From contig JANXDG010000050.1 of assembly GCA_025059805.1 (NCBI GenBank), forward strand, positions 18,157 to 82,156: a DNA stretch of 64,000 bases. Reading direction: 5' to 3'. The translations under genes were made by a program, and so were the position numbers. Source of the stretch: Endomicrobiia bacterium. GTDB taxonomy: Bacteria; Elusimicrobiota; Endomicrobiia; DTEH01. The notes under the pieces are model-generated. The model searched no databases. It was given only the letters and a program-made list of their open reading frames with translations, and had not been told where the DNA came from. Below, piece after piece: positions 1-8,719 of this stretch; positions within the stretch are counted from its first letter, which is position 1; each line of letters begins with the position of its first letter.

Positions 1-358
1 CTTCAGATTCGTCATTAATCGCTTCAACTAATACAGGCACTGCTTTTTTATCACCAATCTGTCCCAACGCTATTGCAGCTTTCTCACGAACATATTTTGA
101 CGGATCTTTCATTAAAAGCATAATTTGTTTCAACGCTTTTTTTTCTCTCATTTTACCTAAAACTTCACAACTTATAGCACGAACAAAAGGATCTTTATCA
201 GATAGTGATTTTATAAGCGCATCTACACTTTTTATCTGTAACGCTGTAATTGTCTGTTGAGATATCTCAGGCTTTGGTACAGATGGTGTTTCAGCTGTCC
301 CAAACCTTATTTTACCTATTTTTCTTATCAGGTTAAAAGGTAATTTAACTCGTATCAT
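1..358 (-). CDS. HEAT/PBS-lyase-like repeat protein, N-terminal part (gene continues beyond window start)
   Basis: Manual translation of the minus strand from the ATG at 358: MIRVKLPFNLIRKIGK...DPFVRAISCEVLGKMREKKALKQIMLLMKDPSKYVREKAAIALGQIGDKKAVPVLVEAINDESE. Repeated DPxVRxxAxxALG units are typical of HEAT-like repeats. Confidence 0.5.
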   Translation of the reverse strand, partial: MIRVKLPFNLIRKIGKIRFGTAETPSVPKPEISQQTITALQIKSVDALIKSLSDKDPFVRAISCEVLGKMREKKALKQIMLLMKDPSKYVREKAAIALGQIGDKKAVPVLVEAINDESE

Positions 359-388
359 ATCCTCCACACCTCCGAATTTGATTTTTCA

Positions 389-1042
389 CTATATTTTTCT
401 AACAAATTTAATGAACGGATTATGCAACTTTTCGTTTTTTAAACTGCAATGTTGCTGATGGCCAGGGAAAAAAATTGTATTATCAGGTAGAGAAAAAATT
501 TTTTTTAATGATTCATCTAGCTGGCTTATATCGCCAGTGGGGAAATCTGTCCTGCCAACAGAACCACAAAATAATGTATCTCCTGTGAACAAATATTTGT
601 CTTCTACATACAGACAGATACTTCCTTTCGTATGGCCTGGAGTATGAATAACTTTAATTTTTTGTTCACCACAAAAAATAATATCATTATCTTTCACTTT
701 TAACCAGTTTATCTTTTCAGCATCACGAATACAGGATTGTCCTAAAAATAAGGATAGATTTTTACTATCATCTAAAATCAAATCAAGTTCGTCCTCGTGT
801 ATCACAACATCCACAGGATAGAAATCTAAAATTTCTTCAAGTGATTTAATATGGTCATAATGCCCGTGAGTTAATACTACATATTGTGGTATAAAATTAT
901 TTTTTTGCAAAAAATTAATTATTGACTTTTCTTCACCACCAGGATCAATTATAATAACCTTCTGCGAAAATTCATCTCTGTAGATATAACAGTTGGTAGC
1001 GAACTCGTTCACCACAAATGTATAAACATTGTCTTGTCTCAT
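389..1042 (-). CDS. MBL-fold metallo-hydrolase (glyoxalase II-like)
   Basis: THGHYDH zinc-binding motif and additional His/Asp ligands (HTPGHT, GDTLF) in a 217 aa protein. Confidence 0.75.
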   Translation of the reverse strand: MRQDNVYTFVVNEFATNCYIYRDEFSQKVIIIDPGGEEKSIINFLQKNNFIPQYVVLTHGHYDHIKSLEEILDFYPVDVVIHEDELDLILDDSKNLSLFLGQSCIRDAEKINWLKVKDNDIIFCGEQKIKVIHTPGHTKGSICLYVEDKYLFTGDTLFCGSVGRTDFPTGDISQLDESLKKIFSLPDNTIFFPGHQQHCSLKNEKLHNPFIKFVRKI

Positions 1043-2211
1043 TTTTTACACTTAGAAAAAACTTTAACTAATATCTTAATTGCAGTATCAACATCATTTT
1101 TTGTTATAATTAATGGTGGTAAAAATCGTAACACTTTTTCTTGTGTAACATTTATCACCAACCCGTGCTTCAAACATTCCTCAACAATATTTCTTGCAGG
1201 AAATGTTAGTTCAACACCTAACATAAGACCAATACCTCTCACATCTTTTATAAAATCATATTCATCTTTTAGTTTACACAAACATTGATAAAAATACTGT
1301 CCTACATCCTGCACTTTCTCTAAAAAAGTTTTGTTATCAATCATTTTTATTACTTCAGCTGCAACCACGCATGCAAGAAGATTCCCTCCAAAAGTTGAAC
1401 CATGGTCACCGTAATTAAATACATCTTCATATTTTTTATCAACAACTGTAACACCTAACGGTATTCCATTAGCTACACTTTTCGCTAAGGTGATAACATC
1501 TGGTTTCACATCATAGTGTTGAAATGCAAAAAGTTTACCAGTTCTACCGAAACCTGTCTGTATTTCGTCAAAGATTAGAAGTATATCATGTTTATCACAT
1601 AGTTTATGCAATTCACAAAGAAAATTTTTATCTGCTGGTATTACACCACCTTCGCCCTGGATCGGTTCTAACATCACTGCAACAGTATTTTTGTTAATTA
1701 ACCTTTTAACAGAGCTAATATTGTTAAACTTAGCATATTTGAAACCTTTAGGTAACGGTCCGAAACCCTTATGGAACTTATCCTGTGCAGTAGCGGTAAG
1801 TGTAGCAAGTGTCCTTCCATGAAAAGAATTTTCAAATGTGATAATTTCATATCTTCCAGTTTTACTGCCATATTTTCTTGCTAACTTTATCGCACATTCG
1901 TTAGCTTCAGCGCCTGAATTTGAAAAAAACACTTTTGACGGAAAAGTACGTTTTATTATTTCCTTAGCAAGAACAACTTGTGGCTGTGAGTAATAAAGGT
2001 TTGAACAATGCCAAAGTGTATCTATTTGTTTTTTTAATACTTTTATTAAATTCTTATCACAATGACCAAGATTCGTTACACTTAAACCTGAAAAAAAATC
2101 TAAATATTTCTTACCGTTTACATCATATAGATACTTACCTTTCCCTGAAACAAATGTTATATTGTACTTTTTGTATGTTTTTAGAAAATATTGTTCAAAC
2201 TTTGATACCAT
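1039..2211 (-). CDS. argD: Class III PLP aminotransferase, acetylornithine aminotransferase-like
   Basis: 390 aa. N-terminal YLDFFSGLSVTNLGH, a Schiff-base lysine region (DEIQTGFGRTGKLFA), and overall ArgD-like layout. Confidence 0.7.
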   Translation of the reverse strand: MVSKFEQYFLKTYKKYNITFVSGKGKYLYDVNGKKYLDFFSGLSVTNLGHCDKNLIKVLKKQIDTLWHCSNLYYSQPQVVLAKEIIKRTFPSKVFFSNSGAEANECAIKLARKYGSKTGRYEIITFENSFHGRTLATLTATAQDKFHKGFGPLPKGFKYAKFNNISSVKRLINKNTVAVMLEPIQGEGGVIPADKNFLCELHKLCDKHDILLIFDEIQTGFGRTGKLFAFQHYDVKPDVITLAKSVANGIPLGVTVVDKKYEDVFNYGDHGSTFGGNLLACVVAAEVIKMIDNKTFLEKVQDVGQYFYQCLCKLKDEYDFIKDVRGIGLMLGVELTFPARNIVEECLKHGLVINVTQEKVLRFLPPLIITKNDVDTAIKILVKVFSKCKK

Positions 2212-2226
2212 AAAATTTTCAAGATG

Positions 2227-2300
2227 TGGAGACGAGGGGATTCGAACCCCCGACCTTCCGCGTGCGAGGCGGACGTTCTCCCAAACTGAACTACGTCCCC
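2227..2300 (-). tRNA. tRNA-Ala (anticodon CGC)
   Basis: Minus-strand cloverleaf GGGGACG...CGUCUCC with a G3:U70 pair (the Ala identity element). Anticodon loop CUCGCAC, T-loop TTCGAAT. 74 nt, no encoded CCA. Confidence 0.85.
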
Positions 2301-2336
2301 ACTTTGTATTAGGCTAAGTTATTAGGTTCAATACAG

Positions 2337-3422
2337 TTATGTTTCTGGTAAAGAAGTTAGAATTTCAACCGCTATCTTTACAACATCAGGGTCAAACCAT
2401 AATCCACTATATTTTTTCAAAAGTTCAACGACATTTTGCTGAGATGTTCCGTTAATTTTTAATTCTTCAATATAGTCAACCACTGATATTATCCGAGCAG
2501 GTAACGGAATCTGAGCACCATTTAAACCCTCCGGATACCCTGTACCATCATAGTGTTCATGGTGATGTTTAATAACAGGAGCTATATTTTTAAGTAAACT
2601 TATTTTACTTACAATCTCTGCACCAATAATAACATGCATTTTTTCTATTCTTGCACGTTCTACTATATCAATTGCATTTTCCATTTCAAAACGTAGTTTT
2701 GACGATAAATATCCAATATCGTGTAATAAAGTACCGAAATAAACTTCCTTGTATTGTTCACTTTTAGGTTCTATGTTTAACTCTTTTGCAATCCTTGTTG
2801 CTAACTGTGTCATTTTCCAGTAACGACCGATATATTTAGGCCGTACGGTTTCTATCGCTGAAACAATAAGTTCTGTAACATTAGCAAAAAAGTTTCGTTG
2901 GTTTTCTGAAAATTTCGCATTAATTATTGTTACCGAAGCAAGCCCTGCTAAACTCTCTAATAATTTTTTATCTTCTTCAGTATAACCTTGTAAATCACGT
3001 TTGTTTAATACTTCAACTACACCTATAACTTCACTGTTACCCTCAGATGTTGTCATTAACATCGGTACTGCAAGTATTGACCTTGTCTTAAACCCACTTT
3101 GTTTATCCACAGAACCTGTAAACCTCGCATCTAGCGAAACATCATTTACAATCTCAGATTTTTTCGTCAAAGCAACATTACCAGCTATACCTTCGCCAAG
3201 TTTTACTTTTATTTTTTTTACTATAGCACCGTGTTCACCACCTGCAGTTTTGAAATATAAATGTTGTTTATCATCATCAACCAACATTATAGAACTTGCT
3301 TCAGAATTTGTTAACCGTTCAGCTGCTTCACCGATACGTTTAAGTAAAACATCTAAGTCTAAAGTTGAAGATAAACTTTTTACAATCTCAAAAATTTCTT
3401 CAAGTTTCTCTATTTCTGTCAT
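2337..3422 (-). CDS. GAF domain plus HD-GYP phosphodiesterase (c-di-GMP hydrolysis)
   Basis: HDIGY and HHHEHYDGTGYPEGL motifs define an HD-GYP domain. The N-terminal ~170 aa resemble a GAF sensor. Confidence 0.75.
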   Translation of the reverse strand: MTEIEKLEEIFEIVKSLSSTLDLDVLLKRIGEAAERLTNSEASSIMLVDDDKQHLYFKTAGGEHGAIVKKIKVKLGEGIAGNVALTKKSEIVNDVSLDARFTGSVDKQSGFKTRSILAVPMLMTTSEGNSEVIGVVEVLNKRDLQGYTEEDKKLLESLAGLASVTIINAKFSENQRNFFANVTELIVSAIETVRPKYIGRYWKMTQLATRIAKELNIEPKSEQYKEVYFGTLLHDIGYLSSKLRFEMENAIDIVERARIEKMHVIIGAEIVSKISLLKNIAPVIKHHHEHYDGTGYPEGLNGAQIPLPARIISVVDYIEELKINGTSQQNVVELLKKYSGLWFDPDVVKIAVEILTSLPET

Positions 3423-3449
3423 TGTGTACTCTCCTACTATCTCTAAAAA

Positions 3450-5252
3450 TTACCGTTGACATACAGATAGTACTTCAGAATAAGTTGTTATGCCTTTTGT
3501 AACTTTTATTAACCCGTCAACTAACAATGTCCTCATACCTGTCTTTAACGCAACTTCTCTTATCCTATTTGCTGAAAGTTCTTTCAAACAAAGTTCACGT
3601 AGTTCATCGTTCATAACAAGTAATTCATGCAATGCTGTCCTACCTTTCATTCCTGTATTACCACATTTCCTACAACCAACAGGTTTCATAAATGTTGCAT
3701 TTGAATAGTCTATGTTATACTCTTTAAGTACAGATATTAATTCTTCCGATGGTGAATTATCAGGTTGTTTACAATCATTACATAATGTCCTTACTAACCT
3801 CTGTGCTAAAACACCTTCTAAAGTGTTTGCAATAAGATATGTAGGTACACCCATCTCATACAACCGTGCAACTGCAGAAGGTGCATCGTTAGTATGTAAA
3901 GTTGACAAAACTAGATGTCCTGTCAATGCTGCCTCCATTGCAACCTGTGCAGTTTCCTGATCACGTATCTCGCCTACCATAATTATGTCAGGATCTTGAC
4001 GAAGGAACGCTCTCAACGCCATCGCAAAATCAAATTTTCTATCACCCATTTTTAAATCTGGATTTATCGGCACTTGTACTACGCCGTCAAGTTCGTACTC
4101 CACAGGATTTTCAGCAGTTATTACTTTTTCTTGTGGATCTTTAACTTTTTGCAATGCTGCGGTTAAAGTGAACGATTTACCAGAACCCGTCGGTCCACAA
4201 ACAAGAATTAAACCATATGGACGATTTAATAAATAAACAAATTTTTCCAACGTGTCAGGTAAAAACCCTAATGCTTCCAATGGTAACATCGCTCCAGACC
4301 TATCTAACATACGCATAACTACACTCTCACCATATATTGTCGGAACAACGCTTACTCTAAACTCAAGTGGAACACCTTTTGCTTTCACCTGTAGCCTACC
4401 ATCCTGTGGTATTCTCCGTTCAACAATGTTCATATTACACATAATTTTTATCTTTGATATCAACGCGTTTTTATACATTATAGGAATTTTAAACGAAGCT
4501 TTCCTGAGTAAACCATCAACTCTGTATCTTACAAGAATTTTTTTCTCAAAAGGTTCTATATGAATATCAGACGCTTTCAATCTTACCGCTTCAAGGATCA
4601 AAGCGTTAACAAGTTTCTCAACTTCTGGCGCATCAGGACTTACCTGCATAATATCTGTAATTTCTTCCTTAATCTGCTGTTCCACTGAAACTTCGCTTGA
4701 AACATCTAAACTTGCAAGTAACTCCTGAGTTAGCTCTTTAGCATCTTCAGTAAGTTCTTCATGTGAAACAGCAACTTTAACTGTATCTTTTTCTTCAAAA
4801 CTAACACTTTCTTCATAAGTAGTAGGTGTACCGTATAACTGTTCAATCCTGTCCTTTATATCATCAGGAAGTGCTAAATATGGTACTACTTTAAGTCCTG
4901 TTCTCAACTCTATGTCTTCTATGACAAACAAATCTCTTGGATCTACCATTGCTATAAACAAAAAATCTTCCTCTTTACTGAACGGTACAAGTTTATGCCT
5001 CTTACAAGTTTCTACGGGAACAAATTTTGATACATCAGGATCTATATCTAAATCTTGGAGGTCCACCACTTTTACTTTCCATTCAGACGATATTGTTTTA
5101 AGCAACTTGTGTTTCTCAACAATTTTTTTGTTAACCACATACTGTTGTAATGCTATACCACTGACAGATGCTTCGCTAGAAATCCTATCAATATCAGATT
5201 TTGACAAACCAAACTGTTCAGTTAATATTTCCGCAATAGTTTTCCTTTTCAT
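3450..5252 (-). CDS. pilB: Type IV pilus assembly / type II secretion ATPase (PilB/GspE family) with long N-terminal T2SSE_N (MshEN-like) region
   Basis: Walker A GPTGSGKS, tetracysteine CNDC...CRKCG, 600 aa. Confidence 0.8.
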   Translation of the reverse strand: MKRKTIAEILTEQFGLSKSDIDRISSEASVSGIALQQYVVNKKIVEKHKLLKTISSEWKVKVVDLQDLDIDPDVSKFVPVETCKRHKLVPFSKEEDFLFIAMVDPRDLFVIEDIELRTGLKVVPYLALPDDIKDRIEQLYGTPTTYEESVSFEEKDTVKVAVSHEELTEDAKELTQELLASLDVSSEVSVEQQIKEEITDIMQVSPDAPEVEKLVNALILEAVRLKASDIHIEPFEKKILVRYRVDGLLRKASFKIPIMYKNALISKIKIMCNMNIVERRIPQDGRLQVKAKGVPLEFRVSVVPTIYGESVVMRMLDRSGAMLPLEALGFLPDTLEKFVYLLNRPYGLILVCGPTGSGKSFTLTAALQKVKDPQEKVITAENPVEYELDGVVQVPINPDLKMGDRKFDFAMALRAFLRQDPDIIMVGEIRDQETAQVAMEAALTGHLVLSTLHTNDAPSAVARLYEMGVPTYLIANTLEGVLAQRLVRTLCNDCKQPDNSPSEELISVLKEYNIDYSNATFMKPVGCRKCGNTGMKGRTALHELLVMNDELRELCLKELSANRIREVALKTGMRTLLVDGLIKVTKGITTYSEVLSVCQR

Positions 5253-5258
5253 AAGATC

Positions 5259-6482
5259 CTAATTTTTTGAAATTGCACTTATATCTTTCAACCCATGACC
5301 TGTTATCAAAACTACAACTTTTTTGTTCTCTAAAACTCTCCTATGAGTAATACTATATTTTAAAAAACCTGCGAACGATGCTGCAGCTGCAGGTTCCGCA
5401 AATATACCTTCTTTTGACGCTAACAACTTTATTGCTGAAACTATTTCTTTATCTGTCACTTCTACGACATCGCCACAAGATTCAAAAACCGCTTTTATTG
5501 CAGCGTAACCATCACGTGGTAGATCAACACTAATTGAATCCGCTAAAGTCTTTGATTTTACTTTTTTTAGTTTGATTACAGACAACAATTCTGAGAGTTT
5601 ATGTCCACCTTTAAGTTTCTGTTTTATCTCAGAAAAAGTTAAAGATATAGAATTGCTACCGGTTGACTGCACAGCAATAAGTCTCGGCATAACTTTAATT
5701 AAACCACAAAAGTATAGATCTTTAAATCCTTTCCATACACCACTTATAATATTTCCATCACCTACAGGAACAAATATGAAATCTGGAACTTTATTTCCAA
5801 GTTGTTCCCATATTTCTAACGAAACAGTTTTTTTACCTTCCCTTGTGAAAGGATTCACACCTGTGGATCTGTTAAAATAACTCTTATGTTTCTCACAAAG
5901 TTTAAGTACATATTCAAAACATTCATCATAACTACCATTATATTTTATTATCTCAGCACCATAGACTGTAATTTGAACAAGTTTTGCTTCAGGTGCACTA
6001 CGTGGGACAACTATCAACGGTTTTACTCCAACCATTGCTGAAATACATGCTAATGCACAACCTGCGTTACCAGTTGACGCTGTTATAATTTTTTCTTTTT
6101 TATTCTGTAATGCATAAGCTGCAACTACAGCTGAAGCTCTGTCTTTAAGAGAACCTGACGGCAATTTCGTATCATCTTTAAAGAATAACTTCAATCCTTT
6201 TATCCCTAAATTGGGCTGAATATTTATTGATTTAACTAACGGCGTATGGTAAATACAGATTTTGTTTATTACCTCATCTTCCTTCAGTGGTAAAAAAGGA
6301 AGATATTTCCAAATTAAGCCTGCATATTTCCCTGTCGTAGAAAAAAATAAAAATTGTTTAAGAACTTTTATGTAGTCATATAGGACTTCCAGATTGTTCC
6401 CACAGGCAGGACAAGTATATGAAACTTCTGACCTGTCAAACTCTTTTTCGCAAACAATACATTTGAAGAAAAAATTGTTCAT
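5259..6482 (-). CDS. Threonine synthase-family PLP enzyme with N-terminal 4-Cys zinc ribbon
   Basis: SLKDRAS lysine motif and ASTGNAGCALA glycine-rich loop as in ThrC. N-terminal CIVCEKEF...CPACG. The neighbouring genes suggest it may not be the anabolic ThrC. Confidence 0.6.
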   Translation of the reverse strand: MNNFFFKCIVCEKEFDRSEVSYTCPACGNNLEVLYDYIKVLKQFLFFSTTGKYAGLIWKYLPFLPLKEDEVINKICIYHTPLVKSINIQPNLGIKGLKLFFKDDTKLPSGSLKDRASAVVAAYALQNKKEKIITASTGNAGCALACISAMVGVKPLIVVPRSAPEAKLVQITVYGAEIIKYNGSYDECFEYVLKLCEKHKSYFNRSTGVNPFTREGKKTVSLEIWEQLGNKVPDFIFVPVGDGNIISGVWKGFKDLYFCGLIKVMPRLIAVQSTGSNSISLTFSEIKQKLKGGHKLSELLSVIKLKKVKSKTLADSISVDLPRDGYAAIKAVFESCGDVVEVTDKEIVSAIKLLASKEGIFAEPAAAASFAGFLKYSITHRRVLENKKVVVLITGHGLKDISAISKN

Positions 6483-7433
6483 TTAGTTCTTTACGACTAT
6501 AGTGCCTGATTCACCCAGTACAGCTTGTGGAAGTTTTTCAGGACAGGTTATAACTCCTCTCTTGCCAGTAGAACTAACAAAATCTATCATAGCATCAATC
6601 TTTGGTAACATACTGCCAGGCTTGAAATGTCCCTCAGCACGGTATTTTATTAATTCTTCAATACTAACCTTATCAAGAGCTTTTTGTTGTGGAGTGTTAA
6701 AGTTAAGATATACCTTTTCCACTGCAGTAGAAATTATAAACATATCAGCATTTAAATTTTTTGCAAGCAAACTTGAAGCAAGGTCTTTATCAATTACAGC
6801 TTCTACACCTTTAAGTCCCTGTGGTGTTTCTATCACAGGTATTCCGCCACCACCTACTGCTATTGTTACTATATCATTATTTACCAGTGTTTTTATCACC
6901 TCAAGTTCAACAATACGTAATGGTTTCGGTGAAGGAACAACACGACGCCAACCTCTACCTGCATCTTCTTTCATAATCCAGCCGTCTTTTGACTGTCGTT
7001 CCTTTGCTTGTTCTTCTGTATAAAATGGTCCAATAGGTTTGCTTGGATTCTTAAACGCAGGGTCATCTCTGTCCACTACAACCTGTGTCACTATTGACGC
7101 AACTTCTTTTTTTATACCACGACGGGTAAACTCGTTCCTTAACGCCATTTGAAAATTATAACCTATCGCACCTTGTGTATCAGCATCTATTGAATCAAGG
7201 GGTACTTCATGTAGTATCCCTCGTGAATATTCAGAACGCATAAGTATAAACCCTACCTGTGGACCGTTCCCGTGAGTTATTATAACTCTGTAGCCCTGTT
7301 CTATTATATCAGCAATATATTTCATTGTTTCACAGGCAGCTGCGTACTGGTCAGGTACTGTCATATGTTTCTCATCTTTTATAAGTGAATTACCACCTAC
7401 TGCTATTACTATCAAAGAACCTTTTTGCATCAT
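6483..7433 (-). CDS. arcC: Carbamate kinase
   Basis: N-terminal IVIAVGGNSL...ITHGNGPQVG and C-terminal TIAVGGGGIPV motifs, 316 aa. Confidence 0.85.
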   Translation of the reverse strand: MMQKGSLIVIAVGGNSLIKDEKHMTVPDQYAAACETMKYIADIIEQGYRVIITHGNGPQVGFILMRSEYSRGILHEVPLDSIDADTQGAIGYNFQMALRNEFTRRGIKKEVASIVTQVVVDRDDPAFKNPSKPIGPFYTEEQAKERQSKDGWIMKEDAGRGWRRVVPSPKPLRIVELEVIKTLVNNDIVTIAVGGGGIPVIETPQGLKGVEAVIDKDLASSLLAKNLNADMFIISTAVEKVYLNFNTPQQKALDKVSIEELIKYRAEGHFKPGSMLPKIDAMIDFVSSTGKRGVITCPEKLPQAVLGESGTIVVKN

Positions 7434-7621
7434 TGTAGTTATACCTCATTTCAAAAAGTTTATAAAATCAAAAAGATTTAATAAATAATTGTTAACAACT
7501 TCTTACTCTAGCAATCTGTAATCAATCTATAAAACCAATAAAACTTTGGTAGAACAAAAACTTTCAGAATTTTATCATTACAAGGAATAAATTGTTAACC
7601 TTATTGTAATTATCACCATAA

Positions 7622-8635
7622 TTACGGTCTGCCGCCCATAGTAAGTGCTAAGATTGCTTTCACAGTATGCAACCTATTTTCTGCTTGGTCAAAGACCACT
7701 GACTGCGGACCATCAATTACCGCATCTTCAACTTCGTATCCGCGATCTGCAGGTAACGGATGCATATATATTGCATGTTTTTTTGCAAGTTTCATTCGTC
7801 TCTCAGTACAAACCCAGTCTTTATATTTATTAAGTAAGTCCATGCCAAGTTTTTTCTTTTCTTCTTCAGGCACACCCTGGTCAAACAGGTATTGATGACA
7901 TCCCCAAGATTTAGGATATAAAACATCAGCATCACGGAATGCTTCGTCCATATCATGAACGATTTCAAACTTAACTTTATTTTCTTCAGCAAACCTTTTC
8001 GCCCATTCTACAGTATGTGGCATTAAATAAAATTCTTTAGGATATGCTAAAACCACATCCATACCAAACCTTGGCATAAGCCAGATAAGTCCCTGTGGTA
8101 CTGAAAGTGGCCTTGCGTATGCAGGTGCGTATGTCCAGGAAATAACAAATTTTAACCCTCGTGTATTTTCTCCGAACTTCTCTCTAATTGTCATAAGGTC
8201 AGCAATTGACTGACAAGGATGGTCAACATCGCATTGTAGGTTTATCACGGGTATTGAAGCATACTCAGCTACTTCTTTAATATATTTGTTCCCTATACCA
8301 TAAAAACAGTTTCTTATAGCAATACCATGGCCATAGCGGGATAACACCTGACCTGTATCCTTTGGTGTTTCTCCATGTGAAATCTGCATTTTGTCAGGGG
8401 TGAGGTCGTGAGCGTGGCCACCTAGTTGTGTCATTGCAGCTTCAGTAGAATTTCTTGTTCTTGTTGACTGTTCAAAAAACATCATAAACAATGTCTTATC
8501 TTGCAACAACCTGTGTTCTTCACCTAAAGCAAATTTTATCTTTAGGTACTTTGATACTTCAAGTACTGTCTCAAGTTCTTCTTTTGACCAATCTTTGGTC
8601 TCTATCCAATCTTTCCCCCTTAGCATGGTTTTCAT
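7622..8635 (-). CDS. Aspartate/ornithine carbamoyltransferase superfamily protein with a non-canonical second-substrate site (YgeW-like catabolic transcarbamylase candidate)
   Basis: STRTR carbamoyl-phosphate motif, HPCQ, C-terminal HPLP and VVFDQAENRLHT. The canonical ornithine-binding DxxxSMG loop is replaced by YPKSWG. Confidence 0.6.
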   Translation of the reverse strand: MKTMLRGKDWIETKDWSKEELETVLEVSKYLKIKFALGEEHRLLQDKTLFMMFFEQSTRTRNSTEAAMTQLGGHAHDLTPDKMQISHGETPKDTGQVLSRYGHGIAIRNCFYGIGNKYIKEVAEYASIPVINLQCDVDHPCQSIADLMTIREKFGENTRGLKFVISWTYAPAYARPLSVPQGLIWLMPRFGMDVVLAYPKEFYLMPHTVEWAKRFAEENKVKFEIVHDMDEAFRDADVLYPKSWGCHQYLFDQGVPEEEKKKLGMDLLNKYKDWVCTERRMKLAKKHAIYMHPLPADRGYEVEDAVIDGPQSVVFDQAENRLHTVKAILALTMGGRP

Positions 8636-8719
8636 ACTTCATCTACCTCCTCTCAGTCTTTTATTTGTAATATACAAATTATGAATGTGGTATTCAATAA
8701 GCGGGCTATAAACCTATCT

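Noticed and set aside
1034-1288. 84 aa plus-strand ORF at the MBL/argD junction.
   Set aside because: Antisense to the argD C-terminus, with no motifs.
3001-3459. Plus-strand ORFs lying entirely inside minus-strand genes. Examples are 3001-3459, 6502-7023, 20243-20641, 36337-36897, 49685-50038, 50225-50593 and 60092-60523, among many others in the track.
   Set aside because: They are antisense to long ORFs with clear conserved motifs. Their translations are low-complexity, Ser/Ile/Phe-rich, with no motifs. Long antisense ORFs are expected by chance opposite purine-rich coding strands.
7622-8635. Calling the transcarbamylase a plain anabolic ornithine carbamoyltransferase (argF).
   Set aside because: The ornithine-binding SMG loop motif is absent, and the gene sits beside carbamate kinase rather than arginine biosynthesis genes. 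The class is kept generic.
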